This document shows, piece by piece, positions 1-15,196 of a stretch of 64,000 nt of DNA (position 1 is its first letter; the number at the start of each line of letters is the position of its first letter). The position numbers were made by a program, and so were the translations under genes. Origin of the DNA: Eledone cirrhosa (Eukaryota). The stretch spans positions 32,116,001 through 32,180,000 of the forward strand of contig OZ024758.1 in NCBI GenBank assembly GCA_964016885.1, in the 5' to 3' direction. The notes below the pieces were generated by a model. That model was given only the letters and a program-made list of their open reading frames with translations. It ran no database searches and was not told the origin of the DNA.

Positions 1-495
1 ACCTTTGCCTGCTTGATATGCTTGTAAACCTATGTTATTTTTTATGTGATACCTTTGCCATACAGTAATTATATATGCCTACTACCATTGCTTGTCTCCT
101 TCCTATATATACCTAACACATTTGCACTCTCTACACGCTTGCATATGTACTGCTGGTGTCCTCGTTTTACGAGTAACCTTAATGCCTCTTTAATTATTAG
201 ACTATTGCCTTGTGATATCTGTCGCATGCATTCCACTCTGTGCTTTTTAATTTTAATTTTAATTATTGTACAATTCTCTTGTAATATATGTCGCATCCAT
301 TCCACTCAGTAAATACGAAACTGTTGTTGACAGCACTAATATCCATGTATCTACATAATTGTTCAGTTGAATAGGAGGTTAACTATATGTACAAACATTG
401 CTAGTGCTCCGATGACTCCAAACGAAAGTTTGGAAGAAACGATTGTCAGCAATAAAATGATTTGAACATAACTTTGATTATTGTGTAATTTATTT
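1..495 (+). mobile_element. 3' tail (pLTR) of a Penelope-like element with HHR motif at about 397-455
   Basis: Similar to the 14350-14782 tail of the PLE at 10403-14782. Contains tgct-CCGATGA-c-tccaaac-gaaa-gtttgga-a-GAAAC-gatt-GTC-agca and ends in (TA)n. Confidence 0.75.
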
Positions 496-506
496 ATATA
501 TATATA

Positions 507-2706
507 TCATCATCATCATCATCATCATCATTTTACGTCCGCTTTTCCCTGCTTGCAAGGTTGGGACGGGTCTTATTCAGCACAGCATCTCTCCACTTGT
601 CACGGTCCTTCGTCATCTCCACCGTGAGCTTCAGCGATCTGAGATTTGTTCTCACCACCTCCGCCCATGTTTTTCGTGGTCTAGCTCTACCACGTCTTCC
701 TTCAACTGGCATTTCCTGGCACTTCTTCACCCATCGGTCATCCTCCATGCGCATCACATGTCCATACCACCTCAGTCTCCTTTCTCGCACACTACATTCT
801 ATCCCTCTCAGACACAGTTTCTCTCTCAACACATTAATGCTGGGTCGTTCATGCACATTGATGTTGCACATCCAACGGAGCATGCTTGCCTCATTTCTCT
901 CCAGCCGTCGCATATCCTCTGCAGTTGCTGCCCATGTCTCACTACCATGCAGCATCGCGCTCCTCACACAGGCATCATATAACCGGCCTTTCATACGCAG
1001 GGAGAAATCATTCTTCGTCAGCAGAGGAAGCAGCTGCCTAAACTTCTTCTAACCCATCCTTATTCTAGATACTATGGCCTCGGAACACCCCTCTCCCATG
1101 CTTATCTGATCAACTAAGTACCGGAAGCTATCCACCACTTCTATAGCACCCGCCTGCATTTGAAAAATGTGTCTATCAATGCGACTTCTACTGTCTAATT
1201 TCCCTGTACATCTTCTGCATACATATTTCTCCCTACCTATTAGTTTGCCTGCTATCCCACTACATCTCTTGTGTACGCAGGATCTGCATTGTGTGCATTT
1301 TATAGAATTTATGCCAGTTCCTTTTCTACATATCGAACATGGCCATTTCTCTGACGGAATCAGAATTTTGTCCTCTTTTTTACTCATCAACAATTTTGTG
1401 CTCCCAACTGCTGTTTCCATAGCCAGAATTTATTCTTTAGCTCCTCTACTGATTCTGCTATAAGAACCAGACCGTCAGCATAGAGAAGTTCCCATGGACA
1501 GCCAGTCTTAAACTCCTCTGTTTTGGCTTGGAGGACTATAATGAACAAGAGCGGACTGAGGACCGAATCTTGATGTACTCCTACTTGTATCTGGTATTCC
1601 TCACTAAACTCCATTCCTACCCTGACTTTACTGACAGTACCTCTGTACAAAGTTTGCACCGTCCTCACAGCCATTCCTCAACACCTAGTTTCCTTAGGAA
1701 CCACCAGATGACAGATCGAGGTACCCTATCAAAGGCCTTCTCTAGGTCAACAAAGGCTAAGTATAGTGGCTTATTTTTCTCTCAGAATCTCTCTTGTAAT
1801 TGTCTCACCAAGAAGAGGGCATCTGTTGTACTCTTCCCAGGAACAACACCAAACTGCATCTTATCTAGTTTGACCTTTTCTCTAATTAGTTGTGCTAATA
1901 TACTTTCTGCCACTTTCATAACCTGATCCATTAGTTTTATTCCCGTATAATTGCTCCTCTCCAGAGCATCCCCTTTACCTTTGTAGCAATTTATGAGAAT
2001 ACTGCTGCACCAGTCTTTGGGTATGACACCACCATATATAGCCTAATTGATGATGCGTGCAACCAGTTTAGTACCTACGTCCCCTGATGCCTTCAGCATC
2101 TCAGCAACTATCCCCGATGGTCCAGCAGCCTTACCATTTTACATTTCCTTAATCGCCTCTTGGACCCTATATTCGTCAATCTCAATAGCTGGTCCCTCTG
2201 TCGGATATACTGAGGGTAATTTCTCTCTCTCCCATTCGTTCTCCACATTCATCAGTCTCTCATAATGACATTTCCAGGCCTCCTTTTTCTGATCATTCGT
2301 GACACTAAGTACACCGGCATCATTCCGAACACATTTATCTCCAACAACATCATGATTTGCATTGACACACTGCCTTGCAATGTGGAACACCGCACGCCTC
2401 TGATCTTCCCGTTGCAGAACATTGGCAAACCTCCTACTCTCAGCCTCCCTGCGTGCTAAGTACAGCTGACGTCTAGCTTCTCTCTCAGCGGCTGTATATC
2501 CTTCCCTACTCCCACCCTTTTTCCATGCCTTCCATGCTAGTCTTTTGTCTATAATGGCCTTATCTACTGTGCTGTTCCACCACCAGGTCACTCTATGTCT
2601 GGTTGGAACTCTGCTCCAGCCACAAGTTTCATCAGTAGCCTGCAGTAAGTTGTCACGTAAGAAATTCCAGCCATACGTCTCTAAATCGTCTTCTTTTTCG
2701 TCATAC
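507..2706 (-). mobile_element. RTE-clade LINE, 5'-truncated, frameshifted ORF2 (RT, PHD-like Cys finger, C-terminus)
   Basis: ORFs 2139-2732, 1387-1674 (GVHQDSVLSPLLF, LLYADG), 1049-1420 (CSIC..CTQC..HKRC) and 533-994 (RLRWYGHVMRM, GRARPRKTW). (ATG)n 3' tail at 507-531. Confidence 0.92.
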
Positions 2707-2713
2707 ACGTATA

Positions 2714-3420
2714 TATAATGTATAATAAACAATACAATATCATTACCTCATTACCAGAGGTTTCCGCAATAAGGCGTCCTCATTCGTTCGTCAGACAAGG
2801 CAATTTAAAACAGTGAAATATTTGAAAAAACTCCTCAAGAAAGGCAAAAGTTTAACGGGCAAAAAAAATATATAAATAAAAGTAATGCAAGAGATATATA
2901 AAAAAAAAAGGAAATATAGTAAGGGTATGTGTATAAATGTGTGTATATGCACCTATAAATGTACATATGTGCGTATGTACAAATGCATGTGTATAGTGAA
3001 AAAATGTGTGCGTAAGTACATACATGAGGGAAAGCATATCAGTGTATGTGTGACCACAAATACGTATATAATATATGTTGAAAAAAGACATTGTAAGATA
3101 ATAGAGTTAGCGTACATACAGACTCAGGGACTAAGGATTGAAATATATACACATACAAGTATGAAAGCATGCGTATAAAAACACAGACGCGCAACCACAT
3201 ACATGTATGTGATATATACAGGGAAGGGAGTGTATCAGTCAAAGCAGTGCCAGGCTCAAGGTCGATAAAGATATCAAAATATAAAATAGGAAAATGAAAA
3301 AATGAAAAAATATATGAGAATAAAAAATTAAATCAAAGAGAAAGTAAGGGGGAGGGGGTTATCAATTATAAAGTAACACTAGAAAAAATAGAAAACATAC
3401 AGAGGTTCGTACATACACAT

Positions 3421-3457
<37 letters not shown>

Positions 3458-4865
3458 CGTACAGACAAAAGCACATACATGCGTACATACATACAAAAGC
3501 GCGCATACATACACACGAAGCGCATATATATACATACATGTACATCTAATCACACGCACGCACGCGACCATATATATATATATATATATTTTGAATTATT
3601 TTCCCATATCTTACGTTAAATATTTTCTATCTTGACGTTATAGTCACTTATATATTATGAAATACTGTTGGCTTCTTGCTCACATTAATTTTTCTATTTT
3701 CATTTATATATATATATAAATGTAAGTATGCATGTATCTATACATATATACATATATGTATACAGACTGTATACATATGCACTGTACGGCTAAATTCGGG
3801 CTGTTTGTTTACAAACAAACCGAGCATTATAATAAATATTCGGTAAACCGATACGTGCATATATATATGTGTGCATGTATGTATATATATATACATACTA
3901 CTGTACGTCTGTATACATATATGTATGTACGTATACATACATACATACATGCATACTTACATTTAAGTAACTGCTGTACTAAGAGTGAGAAATGATATTT
4001 CGTTTCATTCTATTCCATTTAAAAACCAGCCGTATGAATAAATGAGTACAAATTATACGCAAGTAAACATACATAAAAGCGGCTGAGGGACAACAGAATA
4101 TGTCTGGAGTTGAAAACGCAAGTCACATGTGGTATCAGGTAGTGAAAGAAAAGGGGGAAGTAAAATATGTAAAATTGTGGAGATATAAAGTAAGTGAATC
4201 AAAAAGCAGGGAGGTGGGGGGGTGGGGGGCCTCAATGGTGGATGTGAAGTAAAAATAAAAGTAAATCAGAAAGAGAAGTCTGTAAAGAAGGTAAGTTAAG
4301 GAAAGTGAAGAACAAGATTTTTACTTCACATCCACCAGTGACCCCCCTGCTTTTTGACATACTTGTATGTGTATATATTTCAATCCTTTTTTCAACATAT
4401 ATTATATGCGTATTTGTGGTCACACATACACTGATATACTTGCCCTCATGTATGTACTTACGCACACATTTTTTCACTATACACATGAATTTGTACATAC
4501 ACACATATGTACATTTGTAGGTGCATATACACATATTTATACAAATACCCTTACTATATTTCCTTATTTTTTAAATATATCTCTTGCATTACTTTTATTT
4601 ATATTTTTTTTTTGCCTTTCTTGAGGAGATTTTTCAAATATTTCACTGTTTTAAATTGCCTTGTCTGACGAACGAATGAGGACGTTTCTTGTATTCGTCT
4701 TATTGCGGAAACCTCTGGTAATGAGGTATTGTAACCTCTGAGGTATTAACCTCTGGTAATGAGGTAATATTGTATTGTTTATTATACATTAAATTTAGTT
4801 CTGTAACTTACATAGAGCACTCTTCACTCCTATGACTTTTTCAATTTTCAACGGAAACTTCAATA

Positions 4866-4867
<2 letters not shown>
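2714..4867. mobile_element. Fold-back non-coding element (arms about 2714-3162 and 4357-4790) carrying an HHR in each arm
   Basis: The arms are reverse complements. HHR at about 2745-2811 (-) and 4657-4728 (+). Confidence 0.75.
4657..4728 (+). ncRNA. Type I hammerhead ribozyme candidate
   Basis: Stem I ccttgt/atgagg, CTGACGA, stem II cgaatgaggacg/cgtcttattgcg, GAAAC-ctctg-GTA. Confidence 0.75.

Positions 4868-4952
<85 letters not shown>
4868..4952. repeat. (TA)n microsatellite, representative of dozens of (TA)n, (CA)n and (CT)n tracts in the window
   Basis: Direct reading. Other tracts include 8797-8970, 9949-10060, 14782-14868 and 18742-18880. Confidence 0.98.
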
Positions 4953-4955
<3 letters not shown>

Positions 4956-5017
4956 AAGATCCCGTTAAGGGTGAAAGCAGTGATTCTTCGCTTAAACTTT
5001 AATCTGTTATTTTAATA

Positions 5018-5064
<47 letters not shown>

Positions 5065-5495
5065 TATAGAGAAAAATACTGCAGGTAGCACATGGTAACA
5101 TGTAATAAAATAAGTCCCTCATCAGTGATTTGCCGAAGATCATAGATATTTCATTGCATTAAAAATCATATATCTCACTTCGGTGCAATAATAACCAAAA
5201 TAAGTTATTAGGACAATTAAAACGCGTAAAGCGAGTGAGACAGGAGAACAACAGAAAATATAGCATACCGTGGGGGAGAAACAAGCTTCAAAAATTATTC
5301 TGTTTAGCGTAAGCTAGGTGAATATATGAGCGCTTAGAGAATAGTACCAGCACGAATGAAGGCTATTGAGCAGAGAGAGAAAAAATAGCGTCCGTGAGTG
5401 CAGGATGAAATGAAGAGAAGAGGGAGAAAAACAGCGAGTGAGTGAAAGTGTGAGGAAGAGTTAACGGAGTTAAGAGTTAAGTGTTACACCTCTAT

Positions 5496-5563
<68 letters not shown>

Positions 5564-5589
5564 ATAGAGGTGTAACACACAAGTTATTA

Positions 5590-7282
5590 TATATTGGTAA
5601 ACGGAATAGAAAATGCTGACAAATTGTTCACAGTGAAAAATAGTTTAATTAGGAATAAGTGAGAATTAGTAATTGTATTGGTTAGTATTCAGTTTTAGTT
5701 TTAAGTTCTTATTTAAGGACTAATAAAAGGTGTGAAATGATATATAATATTGGCATAATACCAAGGTGTGTGTGAGTGTGTGTGTGTGTCCAGATTGTAC
5801 GTAGTGAAAGGGGATCCCTTAGGCCTTGCCGTATTGGAATACCTGTGCACAAATATGTATCTGGAGTGTGTCCAGAAATTGTATACCTGTGCACAAATTG
5901 TATACTTGTGCACAAATTGTACACATGTATCTGGAGTGTGTCCAGAAATTGTATACCTGTGTACAAATATGTATCTGGAGTGTGTCCAGATTGCACGTAC
6001 TGCAAGGGGAATTCATTAGGCTTTGCCGTATTGGAATACCTGTGCACAAGAATGTATGTGCCCATCAGTGTGCAATGCATGTGTGCGCATATGTATGTGT
6101 GTGTGTCGGCACGTTTATATCTATAGACATCAAAAGGTATGCAAATTTGTGTATATTTGTGTTGCACCATAGAACATGTGTGTTTACGTATGTCATTGTG
6201 TTTATATGTGGGTAGAGATGTATGTAGGATGTATGCTGATGTAGGTAATGTATGTTGACGTGTGTATGTTGTGGGTTCGTCTTAGAGAGAAGTGTTTAGA
6301 CGGTGTCCGTATTTGTTAATAAAGTAAGATTCCTTGCTGATGCGCTGGGTGTGGGTGGCATTATCTTTAAATTTGTAGAGGGGAAAGATTCTGAAGTTGG
6401 GATGATTTGGGGCGGCACAGGTATCAATGTGTTCACTCAGTGGTATTTTCCTGTATTCCCGTATTTTAATTTGGGATCTATGGATAGTCATGCGTTGGCG
6501 GAGGCTGTTTTTGGTCTGGCCTATGTATTGTTCTCGACAACCTGAGCAAGTTAATACATATATTAGATTTTCAGATGCACATGTGAAATTGTGTTTTACT
6601 ATAAAACGTTGTCCTTCTTTGAAATAGAATTCCGAACCCTCTATTAGGTTGATGCAGATGCCACAGTTGGGTCTATCGCATTTTTTTTACTGTGGGTTTC
6701 GTTGTTGTGGTTGGCAGTACTTTGGCATGAGTTAGGATGTTTTTCATTGACTTAGATTGTCTTTTGCTCTTTATGATATCGTGTGTTCGTAGGATTTGGT
6801 TCATTCTATGGTCCTTTTTCAACACAGGGATGTTCTGGAGGATGGTGTCAATGGCCTCATTGTTGAGGGGGTTGTGTGTGGAGATGTATGGAAGAGCTTT
6901 TAGTTTCGGTTTATTTACTTTAGGGTGTCTAAGGTCCTGGGTACTGAGTTTTAGGGCCAATACTATATATCATTTCACACCTTTTATTATTAAGGTTTTT
7001 GATGTTCTATTGAGAGAATCTATTTTACTGAAAATATCGAATAATGTACACCATTTTACCAGGAAAAAAATACTGGTCCCCCCCCCCCCACACACACACA
7101 TATATATACACATACACATACACACGCGTACATTAACATACAAAGAGACATATACACACACACACACACACTTCTCCGTATAAGACAAGAGCTGAAAAAT
7201 ATCTTTTAACATGTTAAAATATCCCCCACTCACTTACAGACACATTCCTACTGACCATCCCTCTACCACGAATTACTCTGCT

Positions 7283-7314
<32 letters not shown>

Positions 7315-7428
7315 ACTCACACACACACACACACACTTGTCTTAATAGGCATTTGAACTGTCAACAGGCTGCGGTTCGCACACACATCCCTGCTGACCAT
7401 TATCACAACAACGAACACTTTACTACTA

Positions 7429-7474
<46 letters not shown>

Positions 7475-7868
7475 TTGTTGTGAAAGAGTCATTTCTCAGT
7501 CAGCCGACAAAAACCTACATTTGGCGCAAAATCAATTTTTTACATTCACATGACCTCTACCGACCAATCAAAATTGTTTTGACCACAAGAATTTTTGCAA
7601 CACAAATTGGCGCAAAACTTATTTTAATACCGCTGGAGCCACTTTTTTTTAACATAAAAACAGGTAGAATTCCCAAAACTAATCAGATCAGAGCAAACAT
7701 CACGGACGCTCTATCTCAAAATTATTTTTGAAAAGCATTAGAAATGCGCAACCGGTAAAACTTAAAACCAAAACTGAATACTAACCAATACAATTACTAA
7801 TTCTCACTTATTCCTAATTAAACTACTTTTCACTGTGAACAATTTGTCAGCATTTTCTATTCCGTTTA

Positions 7869-7875
<7 letters not shown>
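5590..7875. mobile_element. Penelope-like element fragment flanked by about 115-bp inverted arms (5590-5707 and 7760-7875)
   Basis: Minus-strand GIY-YIG remnant at 6282-6960 (LPYISTHNP, YIGQTKNSLRQRMTIHRSQI, KESYFINKY..LN). The arms are reverse complements. Confidence 0.8.
5827..6050. repeat. Minisatellite of about 43-bp units (tacctgtgcacaaatatgtatctggagtgtgtccagaaattg)
   Basis: Three to four imperfect tandem copies. Confidence 0.8.
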
Positions 7876-7919
<44 letters not shown>

Positions 7920-7929
7920 TTATATATAT

Positions 7930-8730
7930 ATAAATTAAATTAATAAAAATAATGAATAAAAACAAAGAAACTGTTCCTTATATTAAAAAAATTCATCATT
8001 TTACGATCGTTTCTAGGATATATATGTGTGTGTTGGTATGTATATCATATAGATCTATGTAAAAATTTTACAAATTATCAGAGAGATATACATACCTACA
8101 CATATATGCTGTCTTCAGAAATAATGATATTTGTTTATTGAAAAAAAGATTTAATATAATAGGTCTGTTTGGGAACAGGTTTTGAATTGACCAATAGAAA
8201 AGTAGTTGATAGAATAGTAGTAGTAGAAATTTAATTTAGGAGTAGAGGAATGCAGACTTCAGTTTTGAATGGAAAGAATACTTTGAATGAAAAGATTACT
8301 TTGGGGATGAAAAGAGGTCAAGCCGGTGAAAGGTAACACGAAAATTTGATGTTATTAAAGAATAATGCTAATGTTAAAATCGAAGGAAAATAAAATTTTA
8401 GGATAAATGTGTTAGTGAGAAATACCAATCTTATTTAAAACATAAGGAATTTAGATCTATAAAAAGAAATTAAATTAATTTAATTGATAGGTATAAATTT
8501 ATAGGGATAAATTTATATTAATTCATATAGATGTGATAAAATTTGTTTAACATAGATCTATATGATATACATACCAACACACACATATATATCCTAGAAA
8601 CGATCGTAAAATGATGAATTTTTAAATATAAGGAACTGTTTCTTTGTTTTTATTCATTATTTTTATTAATTTATCTTGACTCTGTTTTCCTGCGATTTTC
8701 ATCGAAAAAGTTTTGAATAAATCTTCTCTT
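7930..8730. mobile_element. Fold-back element (arms about 7935-8060 and 8550-8672) with an HHR half-motif GAAACGATCGTA
   Basis: Reverse-complement arms. The palindromic stem III motif is at about 8597-8608. No intact CTGANGA found. Confidence 0.6.
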
Positions 8731-8793
8731 TTCATGATATTTGGATTACATTGAGTTCTTCATACGGATTGGACACTACCGTATATTTTGGTA

Positions 8794-8946
<153 letters not shown>

Positions 8947-9203
8947 ATATGTATAAATACATACACACACACACACATATATATATACACATGTTTCTTA
9001 TTGGAAACATGACCCTCCCAAACCATAACAATATATAGATACATATATTTATATATTTATTACACATATACACATATACATATATATATATATGTATATA
9101 TATACATTATATACATTATATATATATACATATATATACTTTATATATATATATTTATATATACACACACATATATATACATATATATATATATACATAT
9201 ATA

Positions 9204-9300
<97 letters not shown>

Positions 9301-9309
9301 ATGTATGTA

Positions 9310-10063
<754 letters not shown>

Positions 10064-10105
10064 CAGATAAATACATAGTTATGTAATAAACAACATAAGA
10101 TAATT

Positions 10106-10179
10106 ATTTCATTTACCAAAGGTTTCACGAAGACAGACGAGATGGCACTTACGTCCGCCTTCAATCGTCAGAATGAAAT
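10106..10179 (-). ncRNA. Type I hammerhead ribozyme candidate
   Basis: Stem I tttcatt/aatgaaa, CTGACGA, stem II tgaaggcggacg/cgtctgtcttcg, GAAAC-ctttg-GTA. Confidence 0.8.
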
Positions 10180-11169
10180 TTATTAAAATGGAAGCGAGGT
10201 ATGGATTTCAAAATATATATATATATACATATATAAATATATATTATATATATATATATATAATAAAAATAATACTATTTATAGTTATGTGTATACTATA
10301 AACAACTATAAACAGGAAAGGTCAGTAATTTCCTACTACCTTATTACCAGTAAGAGAAATAGCTCAATGTAAGAACATCAGGTGTTTTACAGAACAGGAA
10401 AATAAATTAGACAATTATCAAAGTTGTGTTCAAATCATTTAATAGCTGACAATCGTTTCTTCCAAACTTTCGTTTGGAATCATCGGAGCATTATCAATGT
10501 TTGTACATATAATCAACTGAACAATTATATAGATACATATATATTGATGTTGTGAGCAACAGTTTCGTATTTACAGGGTGTACTGGATGCGACATATATT
10601 ATACGAGAATTGTACAATAATTCAAATTAAAAGCACAGAGTGGAATACACGCAACAGATAATACAAGAGAATAGTCTAATAATTAAAGAGGCATTGAGAA
10701 AGAAGCATTGAGAAAGAAAGAGTACATTAGCAGTACATATGAAAGCGTGTAGAAAGTGCACATGCGTTAGTCATATATATGAGAAGGAAATAAGCAAAGG
10801 TATTATGCATATATAGATAAATAAATAAATACTGTATGGTAAGTAAATATGTTAATGTATTAAAATTTATGGCGGATGTAATATGTTGATAGTGTTCGAA
10901 TTTGTGTGTGTTGAGAAAATCAAAGTTATTGTAGTCCTTTCCATTACATATGTTGAATTATATTTTAGTTAATGTTTATATTGAATGTTTTAAGTTAGTT
11001 ACAGCAATGGATTGTAAATTGGTCTTATTGTATTCTTATTCATGGATTAGAGTTGTTCAACAGGTAGTTTTTCCAACGGTTTAATTTCTGGTAGTGAATA
11101 TGAGATCTAAGATTAAGGGGAGCTAATGCGTAAGGGGAGGTAACTAGCTAATTAAATTCAAGTGAATCT

Positions 11170-13310
11170 CTATTACAAATGGGGAAATACAGGTGAAGTT
11201 ATTGAATGGTTCAAGGATGTTAAAGAGAATAAAAATAAAAAATTTATACAATTTAATATCAATTCATACTACTGATTTGGTGGGCAATCTTTGGTTAAGC
11301 AATTATTATCTACTAAATGAAATTCATAAGAACCTACCTTACCTCAATGGTGGTTTATACTGCGATGATGCACTACTCCTTATAGACTATAAAAAATTTA
11401 ATATAGAAAAAACTAGCAAACAATTGCACAAAATTGTCAAAAACTTCAACTTAAGTATCACCTTAGATAAAAACACTAAAAACGTTAACTTCCTTGGTGC
11501 TACCCTTTGCCTGGACTCTCAAATATACACACCAAACGAAAAACTAATTTATGTGAATACCAACTCTAATCACCCTAGATCCATAATTAAAGCCTTATTT
11601 TCCCTATCCTATTAAATAAGGCTTTAATTATGGCCATGAACAATAGTGACCTGACTAGATCCCAAATTGATGTCATACTTGCGGCCCGAAAAACCGTAAT
11701 TACATTTGAAGATCAATTATGGACCCGCAAGGATACGCATAACAACTTTAACATAACTATGGGATCTAGTGGCAGACTCGGCGCAGGTCATTGATTTGGT
11801 GGGCCTATATCTACTAAATGAAATTCATAAGAACCTACCCTACCTCAATGGTGGTTTATACCACCATTGAGATACAACTTACCTAAAGCTTTCTTCTCAA
11901 TCTTGGAAAAAAAACTTCCCATCCGGCCATAAGTACCATAATCTTATCCTTATAGACTATAAAAAATTTAATATAGAAAAAACTAGGAAACAATTACACA
12001 AAATTTTCAAAAACTTCAACTTAAGTATCATCTTAGATAAAAACACTAAAAACGTTAACTTCCTTGATGCTACCCTTTGCCTGGACTCTAAAATATACAC
12101 ACCCTTTCATAAACCAAACGAAAAACTAATTTATGTGAATACCAACTCTAACCACCCTAGATCCATATTAAACTCAATTACTAAAGGAATATCTAATAGA
12201 ATCTCTAATCTATCATTTAACGAAACCATATTTAACAATAATTCCCAATACTATAATGAGGCCTTAGCTAAATCAGGACATAAGAATGGGATTGAATTCC
12301 TACCTATAAAATCACATAGTTACAACATTATTTCTCACAATATGGCCATGAGGAAAAATAATAAAAGTACTAGCCACTATAACTCTAATACGAAGGATAA
12401 TATCAAACTTAACTCGCACCAAAGTAAACACCACAATAATACAAATACCTAAAAAAAACATTACAAAAAACAAAAATAGAAGAAGAACTAATACATTCTT
12501 CAATCCCCCTTTCAATCTAAACGTCTCTACCAACTTGCCTAAGGCTTTCTTCTCAATCTTGGAAAAAAACTTCCCATCCGGCTTCAAGTACCATAATCTT
12601 ATCAATAAAAATACCATTAAAATCTCTTACTCCACCACACCTAACATAGCATACCATATAGCTAGTAGTAATAAAATGAAGATTAATAATTATTTACAAC
12701 TAATTAAAACACAACAGGAGATAAACTTAGTACCTGTAAATCCTAGTAGTAATAATAGTAATAATGGTAATAGCACTAATGAAATCAATAACAATAGGAA
12801 TGACAACCATTATTACCCTAATGCTATCCCTAGCAACCTGACTTCTACACAACATAGTAACCGGCAAGCAAACATCCAGAATAAATGTAACTGTAGAACT
12901 AATAGAACTTGCTCCTTAGGTAATAATTGCTTAACCAAAGACATCATCTACTCATGCACTGTCAACACAAACAACTCTTCTAAAACATATATTGGCTCTA
13001 CTTCGAACTGCTTCAAGACGAGATACAACTCGCACCTTTACTCTTTCAAAAAACACAATCTAGCCAACTCCACTTCTTTATCTAGCTACGTACACTCTTT
13101 GAAAACTAGGAATAGACCGTTTACACTTCAATGGGAAGTAGTAGGTACGACCACATCGTATAAACCACCTAATAAATTGTGTAACCTCTGTCTTCTAGAG
13201 ACCATACTATAATCTTTTCGAAACTAGACCTCCTAAATAGAAAGTCAGAGATATTTTCCTCATGCCAGCACCACTACCGACACTCGTTCATAACTTTAAA
13301 CCTAGCTGCT
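11170..13310 (+). pseudogene. Disrupted PLE RT-GIY-YIG ORF with internal duplications
   Basis: ORFs 11193-11615, 12135-12452 and 12535-13212. Segment 11270-11590 is repeated at 11790-12170. Confidence 0.85.
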
Positions 13311-13792
13311 GGTATATAACAATGTCAGATTTGAATTCCTCACCACCATTAACACTTCAGATCTAGGACTTATCAGCCCCCATCAACATACTCTTTGATC
13401 AGATCTTTCCTCTACACAACTCCTATTTATCTCTACAATAACTATTAAGCATAAAGTTACCACCTTTTGATATAACTACTATAGCTTAATTATATTATAT
13501 ACAGTAATGGATATATAATATGTAGAGACATTTAATGTAATATGTAATAATAAATTATATATACATTTATAATTAAATATATAAATTAATAGCATTGTAT
13601 ATAAGGGATTAACTTTTAACACAATAATGTATATTATTACACAAATGATCTAACTATTTGGACATGTAAACAGCTATACAATTTTCCATAACATATATCT
13701 TGTCAGTAATGGATAGATAACAATCTAATGAGATCTTTAATGTATTATAGGAAAATACACTGTATTTAAAATTAAGTATAAATATATAACAT

Positions 13793-13935
13793 TTGGCAGT
13801 ATCGGTAGAGGGTCGGACGCCCTTGCCATTCTGAATTCAAATCTCGCCGAGGTTAACTTACAGGGTCGATAAAATAAAGTACCAGTAATACACTGGGTAA
13901 TTGCTGGCCTTGTGCCGAAAGTAGAAACAATTATG
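13793..13935 (+). mobile_element. Internally deleted tRNA-type SINE
   Basis: Same family as 31241-31425 (gaattcaaatctcgccgaggttaac...gtcgataaaataaagtaccagt). Confidence 0.8.
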
Positions 13936-14776
13936 TAATAGAGATTCACTTGTATCACAATATAATGTGTATTAGATCAAAGAATTTAAATAATTGAATT
14001 TAATTAGCTAGTTACCTCCCCTTACGCATTAGCTCCCCTTAATCTTAGCTCTCATACTCACTTCCGGAAATTAAACCGTTGGAAAAACTACCTGTTGAAC
14101 AACTCTAATCCATGAATAAGAATACAATAAGACCAATTTACAATCCATTGCTTTAACTAACTTAAAACATTCAATATAAATATTAACTAAAATATAATTC
14201 AACATATGTAATAGAAAGGACTACAATAACTTTGATTTTCTCAACACACACAAATTCGAACACTATCAACATATTACATCCGCCATAAGTTTTAATACAT
14301 TAACATATTTGCTTACCCTACAGTATTTATTTATTTATCTATATATGCATAATACCTTTGCTTATTTCCTTCTCATATATATGACTAACGCATGTGCACT
14401 TTCTACACGCTTTCATATGTACTGCTAATGTACTCTTTCTTTCTCAATGCTTCTTTCTCAATGCCTCTTTAATTATTAGACTATTCTATTGTATTATCTG
14501 TTGCATGTATTCCACTCTGTGCTTTTAATTTGAATTATTGTACAATTCTCGTATAATATATGTCGCATCCAGTACACCCTGTAAATACGAAACTGTTGCT
14601 CACAACATAAATATATATGTATCTATATAATTGTTCAGTTGAATAGGAGGTTAATTATATGTTTTACATGTTTATATGTGCAAACATTGATAATACTCCG
14701 ATGATTCCAAACGAAAGTTTGGAAAAAACGATTGTCAGCTATTAAATGATTTGAACACAACTTTGATAATTGTCTA

Positions 14777-14867
<91 letters not shown>

Positions 14868-14872
<5 letters not shown>

Positions 14873-15150
14873 TAAAATAACAGATTAAAGTTTAAGCAAA
14901 GAATCGCTGCTTTCACCCTTAACGGATCTTCTGAAACTAACAAAGTCAATCTGTAAACGCAGAACTGGATATTTCAAAAACCGTTGCAACCGGAGGAAGA
15001 CAGGAAGGCGATACTTTGGTTCGTGGTAACGTTCGCTGGCAAAGAACGGGAAAAAACGAATAATTAATAGGAGCGGTGAAAAACAATTACGCGCAAAGAC
15101 AGAACCACGTCGAGCCCTCTTTGGATTTTAGTCTTCAATTTTACTATTAT

Positions 15151-15155
<5 letters not shown>
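14868..15155. mobile_element. Tail fragments of PLE family A (minus 14868-15110, plus 15110-15155)
   Basis: Matches 16547-16800 and 47080-47365. Confidence 0.75.

Positions 15156-15194
<39 letters not shown>

Positions 15195-15196
<2 letters not shown>

Larger units (their letters stand above)
10403..14782 (+). mobile_element. Penelope-like element with inverted pLTR (about 10403-11165 is the reverse complement of about 13990-14782)
   Basis: RT (GGLYCDDAL, VNFL..TL.L, SNHPRSI) and GIY-YIG (KTYIGST..FKTRYNSH, CNLCLLE) fragments at 11170-13310. An HHR in both arms (10441-10495 minus, 14692-14745 plus). Confidence 0.9.

Noticed and set aside
5827-6050. Repeated units of about 43 bp resembling a CRISPR array
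   Set aside because: No unique spacers, no cas genes and a eukaryotic context. It is a minisatellite.
7722-7762. HHR-like ttgaaaa-gcatt-aga-aatgc-gcaa-ccg-gta
   Set aside because: GCAA replaces GAAA and stem I has only 3 A-U pairs. At best a decayed relic, so it is not listed as a feature.
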